Of a stretch of 64,000 bases of DNA, positions 45,685 through 55,821 are shown piece by piece. Every line of letters starts with the position of its first letter. Position 1 is the first letter of the stretch. The position numbers and the translations under genes are program-made. Origin of the DNA: Candidatus Parcubacteria bacterium (lineage in GTDB: Bacteria > Patescibacteriota > Minisyncoccia > Sungbacterales > SURF-37); assembly GCA_003599755.1 (NCBI GenBank), contig QZJO01000009.1, positions 86,140 through 150,139 of the forward strand, given 5' to 3'. The notes under the pieces are model-generated. The model had not been told where the DNA came from and ran no database searches. It saw nothing but the letters and a program-made list of their open reading frames with translations.

Positions 45685-46746
45685 ATGAAGCTCGCGCTCT
45701 ACTCGCACGATGTCGGACCGCGGAGCAACCTCGCGATGATCGGTACCGCCGCCAGGGGCCGTGGCTGGGAAGTCATGTCCCATGACCCGCCGCTCGGCGA
45801 CCAGCTGGAAGCGCTGCTCGCATTCGGACCTGACGCCGTGATCACCGGCCTGTCATCGGGCATCTCCGGATCGCGCGTGGATGAGGAGATCGCGCTCGGC
45901 CAGCGCGCTTTGCGCCAAAGCGCGCTCTGGCTCATCGTCGCGGATACGCACTACGCGGGCTTGCGTCCGCCGGCGAGGGGGCACGTCAGCGGCGCTTACG
46001 TAGCGCCCGCGACCCGGGCCGAGATCCCCGAGTACGAAGTGTTCGGCTATCCGCGCGGCAGCATCCAGTACCTGGGCGGACCGCCGATGTGGCAGATCTT
46101 CTGGACCTACGCGCCCGTACGCCTGCCGGGCAATCCGCATCTGCCGTCGTTCTACATCGGCTGCGCCAAGGATCCGGCGCTGACCGACCGGTTCATCGAG
46201 ACGATCGTTTTCGGCGCCGAACGGGCCTTCGGCGCGGGCAACTTCGATATCATCCTCGGCATCCATCCAAGCGAGGACGGCAAGCCGCGCGAAGTCCCGA
46301 AGCAGGAATGGGCCAAGATCCGCGCGGCCAAGCTCGCCGAGCAGAGCGGGATCCTGGACGGCGTATCGCTCCTCTGGCCGGATCCGGCCGTTGAGTCGGC
46401 GCGCATCGCGATCAGCACGACGTATGCCTGCTCCACGGGCGGCGGTACGGACGGTATCGTCGCGGCCATGCACCGGCGCATTCCCCTGTTCTGGGAGACC
46501 GATGAGGTTCGACAGCGCAATCTCCGGCAGCTCGGCCGCGAGGAATGGCTGCCGGCCGAAGCCGGCGCACTCGTAAAGATCGCAACCGGCGATGACGTCG
46601 CGCGCGCGATCGCCCGCCTCCAGAACCGCCACGAGCTCATCCGGCTCGCCGCGCATCAGGGAGAACTCTACCCCCGCCCGAGCGAGGAAGAACTCGCCTG
46701 GCCGGTCGCGGAACAGATCCTCGACTTCCTCGAAGAGCGCCGATAA
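45685..46746 (+). CDS. Hypothetical protein in the glycan locus (353 aa).
   Basis: Start chosen at the ATG 4 nt after a perfect AGGAGG (45675..45680). No recognised motif. Confidence 0.5.
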   Translation: MKLALYSHDVGPRSNLAMIGTAARGRGWEVMSHDPPLGDQLEALLAFGPDAVITGLSSGISGSRVDEEIALGQRALRQSALWLIVADTHYAGLRPPARGHVSGAYVAPATRAEIPEYEVFGYPRGSIQYLGGPPMWQIFWTYAPVRLPGNPHLPSFYIGCAKDPALTDRFIETIVFGAERAFGAGNFDIILGIHPSEDGKPREVPKQEWAKIRAAKLAEQSGILDGVSLLWPDPAVESARIAISTTYACSTGGGTDGIVAAMHRRIPLFWETDEVRQRNLRQLGREEWLPAEAGALVKIATGDDVARAIARLQNRHELIRLAAHQGELYPRPSEEELAWPVAEQILDFLEERR

Positions 46747-46804
46747 GGCGCCGGCACAACACCGCGCGAATCAAGCGGCGCCCAGACGGGCGCCGCTGTT
46801 TTTG

Positions 46805-48037
46805 TTAACCGATCTGGATGTCGTTGAACTTCTTTTGGGTGTATAGCGGCACCTGCTTCAGCGCGCCGCGAATGCGCTTGGAGGTATCGGGTTTGTAATA
46901 CGCATGCGACGGGGCATATGGCCCGTGCGCCACTTGATACTGCACGGCTTGGCGGATCGCGTCGCGGTCATAGCCGACGTCCACCACGTTTTCGCCCCGC
47001 AGCCGGCCCTGCTGGCGCGTGCCGACGTTCACTACCGGCACGCCGAAGAATGAGGCCTCCTTGATGCCCGAAGATGAATTGCCGACGAGCGCCGCGGCAT
47101 TACGCAGCAGCGACACGAAATCACGCGGGTTGATATCGATCACGAACCGGATATGCGGCGTATCATGGTGTTCGCGAAAGCGCCGGATGCCGCCCGAAAT
47201 CTCGTCCGTGCCCGCATCGGGATTCGGCCAGAACCAGAGCGCCTGGATGCCAAGGTCATGAATGGCCTCGAGCGTAGCCATGACGTTTCGCAAATTATCC
47301 GCCTCGCTCGTGACCGGGTGCTGGATCACCATCGCGTAGGGCTTGGTAAAGTCGATCGCCCCGCCCACGCCGATGCGGTTGGTCATTGCCTCGTCCGGCT
47401 GGCGCTTCACGCCGGCGGCAAACTCAAGGTCCGGCGAACCGACGTTGAACACGTATTCGGGCCGCTCGCCCATTTGCAGTACCCGGCGGTACGCGTCGTC
47501 GTTGGTGACGAAATGAATGTGCGCGAGTTTGGTGATCGCGTGGCGCACGCTTTCATCAATGGTACCCGACACATCGCCCCCTTCGATGTGCGCCACGGTT
47601 TTGTTGAGATATGCCGCGGTCATAGCGGCTGCCAGCTGTTCAAACCGATCACCGCGGATCAAGACGATGTCGGGGTTCAGTTTTTGGAATGTATTCGTCA
47701 ATTCTAATACGGCAAGACCCGCGGTCTTGGCCATGGCCGCGTGATTGCCGCCCTCAATAAGATTCAGCATCTGCTCGTGCACGACAAATCCGCGCCGCTC
47801 GAGCGTCGGCATGACGTTCGAATATTTTGCGAGTAGCGCCGAGCTGCCGACGACAAGCTGAAGCTCAAAATCCGGATCGCCCTGGAGCTCGCGCAACAGC
47901 CCTTCTTGGCGCGCGTAATGGATGCGATTCGTAATAACAAAGCACACCTTGCGCTTGGCACGCGGTTCGCGGAATCCCACGGTTTCGGGGATGCCTTTTA
48001 CAAAGGTTTTTATTTTCTTTTTGGTTTCAGCGTTCAT
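46805..48037 (-). CDS. neuC: UDP-N-acetylglucosamine 2-epimerase (hydrolysing), NeuC type.
   Basis: FVITNRIHYARQEGLL, HIEGGD and GNSSSGIKEASFFGVPVVNVGTRQQGR match the NeuC/WecB epimerase fold. Confidence 0.8.
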   Translation of the reverse strand: MNAETKKKIKTFVKGIPETVGFREPRAKRKVCFVITNRIHYARQEGLLRELQGDPDFELQLVVGSSALLAKYSNVMPTLERRGFVVHEQMLNLIEGGNHAAMAKTAGLAVLELTNTFQKLNPDIVLIRGDRFEQLAAAMTAAYLNKTVAHIEGGDVSGTIDESVRHAITKLAHIHFVTNDDAYRRVLQMGERPEYVFNVGSPDLEFAAGVKRQPDEAMTNRIGVGGAIDFTKPYAMVIQHPVTSEADNLRNVMATLEAIHDLGIQALWFWPNPDAGTDEISGGIRRFREHHDTPHIRFVIDINPRDFVSLLRNAAALVGNSSSGIKEASFFGVPVVNVGTRQQGRLRGENVVDVGYDRDAIRQAVQYQVAHGPYAPSHAYYKPDTSKRIRGALKQVPLYTQKKFNDIQIG

Positions 48038-48040
48038 GCG

Positions 48041-49135
48041 TCAGATCATCGCATCGGGAGTAACAGGATCGTACTTCCGCAGTATGCGCGCGGCCGTCTT
48101 CCCCACCACATTCTCATATTCTTCCGACGGCATCCCGCCCGCGTGGGCCTGCGGCCGCATGGCATAGAGCATCCCGGCCGTGATAACCGTGCCGGCCGGA
48201 ATGTCGGCGCCCGCCATGAGCGACTTTCGGAAATACGGCCGGAATACGGCTTCGTCCTCCTGCAGCACTTTACCTTTCTCGCCCATGCCGCGGCGCACGA
48301 TGTCGTTGGAAAGATACTGCTCGCGAAGATTGGGATCGGCCTCGATCGCGCGAATGCCCGCGACCAGCGCGGTCATTTCATCAGGCGTCATTGAGACCTT
48401 GTGGTCCGCGCCCCAGAGGCCGCGATCGAACGAAAAATGCTTTTCTACTACGGTCGCACCCAGCGCAACGGCCGCGAGCGCCGAATCGATGCCGATGGAG
48501 TGGTCGGAAAAGCCGACCGGCACGCCATAACGCTCGCGCAGAAATTCGATTGAGGCCAAATGCAGATCTTCGGGCGGGCAGGGATAGCGCGACACGCAGT
48601 GCAGAAGCGTGAACGAAGCGTTACGGCGCTTCAAAAAGTCCACCGCGCGATCGAGCTCTTCGAGCGTAGACATGCCCGTGGATATAATGATCGGCTTTTT
48701 CGTCCCCGCAATGTAGTCGAGCGTCACGAAGTCCAGAATATCGCCCGAGCCAACTTTCCAAAGTTCCACGCCGAGCTTCTGGAGCTTTTCGGCGGCACCT
48801 CGGGACATCGGCGTCGAATGGAATACGATATTGATCTGGTCGCAGTACGCCTTCAGCGGCTTCCAAAATTCCTCGAACGGCGTGGCGTTCGTATTGCGCG
48901 TGACCCACGAGTAACGGTCTGCTCCTTTGAAATGCGGCGAGACGACCTCGGGCAGATTGAGTTGTTCGTCCTCGACGTTATGCGTCTGGAACTTTACCGC
49001 GTCCGCGCCGGCCTCTTTCGCGGCAAGCGCGAGGGCCTTCGCGTTGGCGAGATACTCGGCGACCGGCCGTTCGTCCTCGGTCTGGATAAAATTCTTGCCG
49101 ATCTCGGCAATGACAAACACCCCTTTGCCGAACAT
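48041..49135 (-). CDS. neuB: N-acetylneuraminate (nonulosonic acid) synthase, NeuB type, with a C-terminal SAF domain.
   Basis: FVIAEIGKNF...AVKFQTH, HCVSRYPCPPEDLHL and FSDHSIG. Start taken at MFGKGVFVIAEIG. Confidence 0.85.
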   Translation of the reverse strand: MFGKGVFVIAEIGKNFIQTEDERPVAEYLANAKALALAAKEAGADAVKFQTHNVEDEQLNLPEVVSPHFKGADRYSWVTRNTNATPFEEFWKPLKAYCDQINIVFHSTPMSRGAAEKLQKLGVELWKVGSGDILDFVTLDYIAGTKKPIIISTGMSTLEELDRAVDFLKRRNASFTLLHCVSRYPCPPEDLHLASIEFLRERYGVPVGFSDHSIGIDSALAAVALGATVVEKHFSFDRGLWGADHKVSMTPDEMTALVAGIRAIEADPNLREQYLSNDIVRRGMGEKGKVLQEDEAVFRPYFRKSLMAGADIPAGTVITAGMLYAMRPQAHAGGMPSEEYENVVGKTAARILRKYDPVTPDAMI

Positions 49136-49291
49136 GCTTTGTGACGGTGATTGGGAATCCATAGATTCGTCCATTATAGCCATGACCGTATCGCGAGAAA
49201 ACCGGCCTTGAGCCGGCTCAAAAGGAAACGCCGCAGGGTACATCAGTACTACCCCTGCGGCGGAATGCGCGTTTCGATGACTCTCCGTGCT

Positions 49292-50443
49292 TCAGAACCG
49301 GTAGCCGACCTCCCGCCATGCGCCGTTCGCCGCAGCTGAATCAAAGGCCTTGGCGCAAGCGTGCGCGACGTTGAGCGCTTGGCGAACCGAATGGCGCGGC
49401 ACCTTCTGACCGTCGATTGCGGCCAGAATGTCGAGCCACATCCGCCGGTAGATCGTGAGGTTGTACTCTGCCCAAGCAGCTGCCTCGGGTTCGGGCTCGA
49501 ATGGCACGGGCATGCCCTCCGCGATGAGCGTGTCCGCCGCGGGCTGAGGACCGTAGGTGAGCACGCCGTTTCGAAACTGGAAGGTATGCGCCACGGTCCG
49601 GTGCGCGTACGGACTGCTCGCGTCTTGCACCGCCAGACACACGGCCCAGTTCAGCAAGCGGCCGCTCATGAACCGAAGCGTACCGATCATGGTGTCGTAG
49701 CCGCCATGGCGATCGAGGTTCGTGTGATACGTCAGCACCTCGCCCTTCGCCTGAATGGCCGCGATAGCCGAGTCGGCGACGAGTAAAGCGGTCATGAAAT
49801 TGTGCGAGAGGCCGCCGGCGGCCGGATTGTAGCGCGTCTCGGTGCGCCACTTGCCGCCGCCCATGATCCGATCGCATTGCCACATCGTGTAGGCCGTATC
49901 GCCCCAGAGGAACTCGCCGAGATCCTTCCGGCATCGCAGCAGCGCTTCGATCGGTCGCGCGTGGCTGTACTTCTCGCCGACGAAGAGTTTTCCCGGATAC
50001 TCCTCATTGAGCATGGCGAACTCGGCCAGCTGATGAGCGACGCCGATCGGCTTCTCGACGAAAACGAGCTTGCCGGCAGCCAGAGCCATTCTGGCCGGCT
50101 CGAGATGCAGATGGTCAGGCGTTGCCACGACGACCAGCTGCACGGCAGGCAAGGAAACCAGCTCCTGGACGCTGGGAACATATAGCGTCCCGGGAAACGG
50201 GAATTCTTTGGACGCTTGATACCGCCGCCCTTCATCCGGATCGCAGAGCGCCGCGATACGCACGCCGGGGATACCGGCGAGCGCTCGCGCGTTCGGCAGA
50301 CCCTCATCCAGATTCAGATCAACAACCCCTACGCCGACCGGATGCTTTCGCATGACACCCTCCCTACACAGACCCGCGATCACGCGGGCATTGGTCATAC
50401 CACCATCTCCGAGGCCCACGATGCCAACGCCAATCTCATCCAT
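49292..50443 (-). CDS. Gfo/Idh/MocA-family NAD(P)-dependent oxidoreductase.
   Basis: IGVGIVGLG...RIAALCDP N-terminal Rossmann pattern; EKP motif (LVFVEKPIG). Confidence 0.75.
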   Translation of the reverse strand: MDEIGVGIVGLGDGGMTNARVIAGLCREGVMRKHPVGVGVVDLNLDEGLPNARALAGIPGVRIAALCDPDEGRRYQASKEFPFPGTLYVPSVQELVSLPAVQLVVVATPDHLHLEPARMALAAGKLVFVEKPIGVAHQLAEFAMLNEEYPGKLFVGEKYSHARPIEALLRCRKDLGEFLWGDTAYTMWQCDRIMGGGKWRTETRYNPAAGGLSHNFMTALLVADSAIAAIQAKGEVLTYHTNLDRHGGYDTMIGTLRFMSGRLLNWAVCLAVQDASSPYAHRTVAHTFQFRNGVLTYGPQPAADTLIAEGMPVPFEPEPEAAAWAEYNLTIYRRMWLDILAAIDGQKVPRHSVRQALNVAHACAKAFDSAAANGAWREVGYRF

Positions 50444-50529
50444 CCGACTGCCTCCTTACTCTCGACGAACCTAAAACCCGTGGCATTCGTACCACGCAGG
50501 ATTAAAAAGTCAACTGGCCACTCCTCTCT

Positions 50530-51492
50530 TCAAAAACGCTTGAGCGTTCGCACGATTTTTTGGGCGATGAAATCTTCGGTCTTGGCCATAGATTCAAACG
50601 TCGCACCTCCCAGGTGCGGCACGATAATCAAATTCCGATGATTCCGGGCGTAGCGGACGAGCGGATGGTTCTTCACATGGCCACCTTTGGGATCTTCGTT
50701 GGCAAGCACGTCCAGGGCCGCGCCGGCAATCCATTTTTTCTGCAGCGCTTCCAACAACGCCCGCTCGTCGTTCAGCTCGCCCCGCGCCGTGTTGATATAG
50801 ATCGCCTGGGGCCGCATGAGGCGGAAATGTTTTCGGCCAATAAGATTTTTCACGGCATCCGTATACAACACATGCACGCTTACGACATCAGATTCCTTGA
50901 GCAGCCGCTCCAGCGACACCTTTACTCCTCCGCCGCGACGAACAGTAGCTGCAGAAACATATGGGTCGTTAGCCAACACGCGCATGCCCAATGCCCGCGC
51001 AAAGCGCGCCACCATGGACCCGAGACGACCGAAGCCGATGACGCCGATCGTTTTGCCCGCCAGCTCATGGCCGTACAGCTCCTCCTTGTCCCAGCGGCCG
51101 CGGCGCACCGCATCGTAGCCGGCCGCGAGGTTGCGCATGAGCATGATCACAAGACCGATGGTTTCCTCCGCGGTCGGAAAAATAGAGCGCAAAAACTTCG
51201 TCTCCCCGCGGAGCGATGCGACCGTAATCCTCCGCCGCGCCGCAGCGGCCATATCAATGTGGTTGAGGCCCGTGGTCGAGGTGCCGATGACGCCTAAATT
51301 CGGCAGCGAATCGATCATGCCGCTTGAGACACGCACGCCAAGCTTTACCGCGAGCGCGACCGTACGCCGGCGTCGCTCGGGATCGCGGCGCACCGCATCC
51401 CACGCAAGCACTTCGCCGACGCGTGAAAGCGTCCGGATGGCATCCGGCGAATATCCTTTCGGTTCGGTAAGCGCGATGATCGGGCGCGGCAT
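50530..51492 (-). CDS. D-isomer-specific 2-hydroxyacid dehydrogenase family protein.
   Basis: GKTIGVIGFGRLGSMVARFARALGMRVLANDP NAD-binding signature. Confidence 0.8.
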   Translation of the reverse strand: MPRPIIALTEPKGYSPDAIRTLSRVGEVLAWDAVRRDPERRRRTVALAVKLGVRVSSGMIDSLPNLGVIGTSTTGLNHIDMAAAARRRITVASLRGETKFLRSIFPTAEETIGLVIMLMRNLAAGYDAVRRGRWDKEELYGHELAGKTIGVIGFGRLGSMVARFARALGMRVLANDPYVSAATVRRGGGVKVSLERLLKESDVVSVHVLYTDAVKNLIGRKHFRLMRPQAIYINTARGELNDERALLEALQKKWIAGAALDVLANEDPKGGHVKNHPLVRYARNHRNLIIVPHLGGATFESMAKTEDFIAQKIVRTLKRF

Positions 51493-51501
51493 AGCGGATA
51501 G

Positions 51502-52530
51502 TTATACGGCAAAACCGATTCGCTGCTTCATGTTCGTGACGATGCGCGCATAGCGCGTCAGGTAGTGAAGGTACAGCGGAAAGCGCGACAAGTCGCGCGC
51601 GAGCGCGCGTACCGAGCCTTCGGGCGGCAGCACGAGCACGGCGAACGGCGCGCGATCGGCTTTAATCGCCGCAACCCGCATATGCCCGATCGGGAGGCCG
51701 GTCTGGCGCTGCAGCCGGCGCTCGGCAATGGATTTTTCTTCATCCACTTCGGAATGGAGAACGTCGAAGCCGGCCGAGCGCACGAACGCGCCAAGATTCT
51801 CGGGTGTAAACATGAACGGATGATCCAATTGGATCGCGAAATGGGCTCTGCCCGACATGCGCGCCTGCTGGCGGAAGTTTTTTACTTCCAAGATCAGCTT
51901 GCCGCCGGGACGAAGCGTGTCGTACGCCCAGCGGAAGAAAAATTGCGGGTCGAGCAAATGGTTCAAGGATTTCGTGCACACGATATTGGCGGCGGCCGGC
52001 AGATCCGGCGCGATCGTCGCTACGTCCTCGATGAGCCCGGCGTAGGTTTTAATGCCGCGACTCGTTGCGTATTCGGCTCGCGCCACCGTCGGCTCGATGC
52101 CGATCGGCTCGATGGGCGCGATCTCCTGCATCCCGGCAAGCAGGCCGCCTTCGGCCGAACCCACATCAATCGTAAGGCCGGGCTCGATAAACGCGCTCAA
52201 ACGCGCGGCAAGCGCGCGGCCGTGGCGCCGCGCAGCATCGAACCCCGCACCTTGCGCTTCTTTGGGATTCGCTTCGCCGTGCTTATACACGCGCCTGCGG
52301 CCGTCCATGTAGCGGTAGTATTCGGCGTACCAGTCCTTGGCCGGCCGCGGATTGATCGCGACCAGGCCGCACCGCCGGCAGAGCACTGTTTTCACCGGCA
52401 GCCCGTGGCCGTCGATTTGGGCAAGTACGGCAAAATCGCTCCCTTGGCAGAGATTGCATGCAGCCGATTCGAGCGGCGCGTTCCGAATCAATTCGGCAAG
52501 TTGAGCGTCTGCCTGTTTACGGACTTCCAT
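51502..52530 (-). CDS. Class I SAM-dependent methyltransferase with an N-terminal Cys4 zinc ribbon.
   Basis: CNLCQ...CRRCG ribbon; IDVGSAEGGLL (motif I). Confidence 0.65.
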   Translation of the reverse strand: MEVRKQADAQLAELIRNAPLESAACNLCQGSDFAVLAQIDGHGLPVKTVLCRRCGLVAINPRPAKDWYAEYYRYMDGRRRVYKHGEANPKEAQGAGFDAARRHGRALAARLSAFIEPGLTIDVGSAEGGLLAGMQEIAPIEPIGIEPTVARAEYATSRGIKTYAGLIEDVATIAPDLPAAANIVCTKSLNHLLDPQFFFRWAYDTLRPGGKLILEVKNFRQQARMSGRAHFAIQLDHPFMFTPENLGAFVRSAGFDVLHSEVDEEKSIAERRLQRQTGLPIGHMRVAAIKADRAPFAVLVLPPEGSVRALARDLSRFPLYLHYLTRYARIVTNMKQRIGFAV

Positions 52531-52593
52531 ACCCGGTAGTAGAATTCGATAATTTTAGATATCTTCTTTACGGCCTATGCATACTAAAGGATA

Positions 52594-53952
52594 CTACCGC
52601 GGATCCAACGCCGTTGCGATGCGCTCGGCCAGGCGCTCTCCCGCACGCCCATCGAGTCGGTAGCAGTGCTCGCGAATGATCACCTGGCGCGCCGCTTCAT
52701 CCTCGCGCGGATCAGTGAGATAGCGGCGCACCCATGCGCGCAATTCTTCGGGCTTTTGCACAAGGCGTACGCCACCGGTATCGATGATATGGCGCTGATG
52801 TTCGTAATCGTAATATTGCCGGATGCTTCGGCCGTACGGCCGGGGCGATGCATCGAAGCCGACGAGGATTATTGGTTTGTTAAATACGGCAGCGTCAATA
52901 ATCATGGTCGAGGCCCACGTGATAACCAGATCGCTCGCGGCAAGCGAGTCAGCCAAGTGCCGGTCGGCGGCGCGGTCCAGATGCACGTCCACGAAGTCCG
53001 CAGAGTTGGCCGGCGCGTCGAACACGGCATTGGCCGGCGGCGCTTTCCCGGCAAAATCCGATTTACCCACGACCGGCATGCGCACGAGTACTTGCGCCGG
53101 AAGATCGGCCAATGCATCCAGAATAATCGGCGCGACCGGGTCGCCCTGCAGATACCGGTCTGCCGGCGGCGTGAACAAAATCGTTTTCTTGGTTGGATCC
53201 AGGCCAAGACGCCGCAAAAATTCTTCGCGCGGCGTCCGCTCGACGGTATTCGTATAGTGGTCGTAATGCGGAATGCCGACGATCGCGATCCGCTCGGCCG
53301 GCATGTCACCGTAACGAATGATCTCATCCCGCACGCGCTCGGCATTCACCACGAGGTCCTCCGGAATATATTGCAGGAGGGTTTTTGACGTGACGTTGTC
53401 CCACGAGCGCACCATGCCAAGCACGCGCACGCCGCGCCGACGCGCAAATCGCATTAAGCTCACATCCTCCGGCGCGTATACATCCGTGGCGAATAAAAGA
53501 TCGGGTTTCCATCGATCAAATAATGCGCCGTACGATCCGGCGGTTGCCAGCCGCATGGATGCAGCGCGGAAAAGCGTGCGCACCGGACGGAATCTTCCGA
53601 GAAACGCGGTGAATCCGGAAAGCCAATAGTCAAACCGATTGCAGTCGCGTTCGAACTTCGCGAGCCGTTGGACGCGGCGGGTTTTTGTCGGCAAGAGATT
53701 GGTCGCCAAGACCCAGAGTATCCGGTCTTTGCCGGATTCTGGAGGTGCCGGGACGGGCTCGATAAACACCCGTTCCCCGCCGTATTCCTGACGCAACGCA
53801 TCAGCACGGCCTTCGGGCGCGAGAATCACCACCCGGACGTCCCGCTCCAAGAGCTTCGCGAGCGCATCGGTCGCGAGAATATTGCGCGCGATGATGCCCC
53901 GTGCGCAGGTAATAAATACCGTTTTGAAATTCGGGACATTCGGACGGCTCAT
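52594..53952 (-). CDS. CDP-glycerol/alditol-phosphate transferase-like protein (TagB/TagF family).
   Basis: C-terminal SDLVITWASTMIIDAAVFNKPIILVGFDASPRPYGRSIRQYYDYE resembles the TagF motif block (L.TDYSS...KPII...D...Y...R.Y.DY). Confidence 0.55.
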   Translation of the reverse strand: MSRPNVPNFKTVFITCARGIIARNILATDALAKLLERDVRVVILAPEGRADALRQEYGGERVFIEPVPAPPESGKDRILWVLATNLLPTKTRRVQRLAKFERDCNRFDYWLSGFTAFLGRFRPVRTLFRAASMRLATAGSYGALFDRWKPDLLFATDVYAPEDVSLMRFARRRGVRVLGMVRSWDNVTSKTLLQYIPEDLVVNAERVRDEIIRYGDMPAERIAIVGIPHYDHYTNTVERTPREEFLRRLGLDPTKKTILFTPPADRYLQGDPVAPIILDALADLPAQVLVRMPVVGKSDFAGKAPPANAVFDAPANSADFVDVHLDRAADRHLADSLAASDLVITWASTMIIDAAVFNKPIILVGFDASPRPYGRSIRQYYDYEHQRHIIDTGGVRLVQKPEELRAWVRRYLTDPREDEAARQVIIREHCYRLDGRAGERLAERIATALDPR

Positions 53953-55061
53953 GCGAATACCCGCTCCATTTCGTTAAGAATGTAACGCGACCGAGCAAGA
54001 ATCGTGTGGCCCGCGCGCACGTCGCGCGCCCATGCGCGCGCAAGCGACTCGATGGCTTGGGGCCGCGCGAGATATGAGCGGATTTTCTCCACGAGTTCGG
54101 CGCCGTTTTTCAAATGGAATCTGCCGCCGCGAAACTCTATATCATAGAGGATCGCGTTTCTGCCGTCTTCCAGCGCGGGGCCCGTGGTCTCGATGTATGG
54201 CTTGGGCGCGATGAGCGCGGTTAGGGGCGCGAGGCCGACTTCCGCGTGTCGAAACGAATCCCATGACTTTCCGGACGGCGAAAGCGCCATGCGCGCTTCG
54301 GCCAGATACGTCCAGTAATCCTGGATAAGCGTAAAACTCTGGCGCTTCACGTCATGCTCGATGATGCGCGCTTTTTTGAATGCGCCGCGGATCAGATCCA
54401 CGACTTCGGGACGGTCGTCCTGACACTCCGTGCGCGTGCGACCGCTGAAAAAAATATCGCTCGATTTTAACGCGGTGGGCAGTACGTACGACGACGGCCG
54501 GACGGGGCTCGGTGCGAGCGGTAATACGGCATCGGTCTGCTCCCCGCGCGGCAGATCCTTCATGAACAAAAGATCGAAATCGCGTCCCGCTTGAAATGAC
54601 CCCGCCAGTCGCGCGCGGGCATCCGGTGCGCCATATAATTCCCAGTGGTCCGGAAAGTCGAGCAATACCACGGGAATATCACGCTTCCGCGCGGCACGGA
54701 TCGCCCGCTCGCCCGCCCCGCCGGCGCGCGTTGACACCAGCACTGCGTCCACGGCTGAGAGTACGGTCTCAAGTGCTGCCGCACGCACGGCAGTGATCGG
54801 CGGCACGCCGTGGCAGGACGGATACGGCGCATGCGCGGGAACGCGAGCGGCATGCAAGTGCGGAAGAAAACCGCCGAGCACGAACGTGCGCTCCGCCCCG
54901 AGAATCGCCGGGATATCGCCGTAGAATTGAATCTCGGCGTCATACCCGCTAGCCGGCGAAAGATAGCGCCGCGCGGCAGTAAGGCGGCTGATGATCGGCC
55001 GCTCTAACGCATCGTTGCGGATCCCCGCCGCCGGCACAATAAGTATGGTCTTGATCGCCAT
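53949..55061 (-). CDS. Hypothetical protein in the glycan locus (370 aa).
   Basis: ORF track. 4-nt overlap with the TagF-like gene suggests co-translation. No motif recognised. Confidence 0.45.
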   Translation of the reverse strand: MAIKTILIVPAAGIRNDALERPIISRLTAARRYLSPASGYDAEIQFYGDIPAILGAERTFVLGGFLPHLHAARVPAHAPYPSCHGVPPITAVRAAALETVLSAVDAVLVSTRAGGAGERAIRAARKRDIPVVLLDFPDHWELYGAPDARARLAGSFQAGRDFDLLFMKDLPRGEQTDAVLPLAPSPVRPSSYVLPTALKSSDIFFSGRTRTECQDDRPEVVDLIRGAFKKARIIEHDVKRQSFTLIQDYWTYLAEARMALSPSGKSWDSFRHAEVGLAPLTALIAPKPYIETTGPALEDGRNAILYDIEFRGGRFHLKNGAELVEKIRSYLARPQAIESLARAWARDVRAGHTILARSRYILNEMERVFA

Positions 55062-55134
55062 GGTTTAGTAATCGAATATGGCATGCAAGAGCGAGCCAGC
55101 GCAATGCCTCGCATGCGCGTGATGGAAATTGTTT

Positions 55135-55821
55135 TCACCGTCCCGGGCGCGTAATCACCGCATAGAGCGCACCCAACGGCACCCTTTCAAGATACGGTTC
55201 GAGCGGACGGAGAAACTTGAGGATGCGCGGAAAATACGCGTAGTACCGAATATCCACGGTCCCGTAAGAGCGGAGACGGTTTGCAGCCCGGCGCGAGGAA
55301 AACATCGTAGCATGTTTATCAACCGCGCTTCGCGCGAATACCAAGCGCGTCACGGGATTCCACGGATTCATTTCGAACAGGACAAATGCGCCGCCGGGCT
55401 TGAGCGTCCGAATAATTTCGCGGTACGCCACATCGTGCGCATCGAACGGGATATGATGAAACACGCCCACCGCATACGCGAGATCGAAAGTCGCGTCATT
55501 GAACGGCAGTTGCGCCCCATCCGTAACGAAAAATTCAATCTCCGGGTGATGGCGCTTCGCGTACTCGATCGAACGCGCCGAAGGATCAACGCCCACCACG
55601 CGCGCACGGCCAAAACGCGCGTGCGCGATCCCGGCCATATGGCCGTCGCTCGCGCCGAAATCAAGAATCGCCGCATCACCGCTCCCGAGGTTGGGAAACC
55701 AGCGCGCCAGGAGCTCCATGCGAAGCCGAGCGAAATAATCCTCGCCTTCCCCAGAAATGGCGATCGCATGCGCCTGTGCCTGGCGATAAAACTCTATGTA
55801 ATCGTCGAACTCGGATTTCAT
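55135..55821 (-). CDS. Class I SAM-dependent methyltransferase.
   Basis: ILDFGASDGHMAG (motif I) and PGGAFVLFE (post-II). Confidence 0.75.
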   Translation of the reverse strand: MKSEFDDYIEFYRQAQAHAIAISGEGEDYFARLRMELLARWFPNLGSGDAAILDFGASDGHMAGIAHARFGRARVVGVDPSARSIEYAKRHHPEIEFFVTDGAQLPFNDATFDLAYAVGVFHHIPFDAHDVAYREIIRTLKPGGAFVLFEMNPWNPVTRLVFARSAVDKHATMFSSRRAANRLRSYGTVDIRYYAYFPRILKFLRPLEPYLERVPLGALYAVITRPGR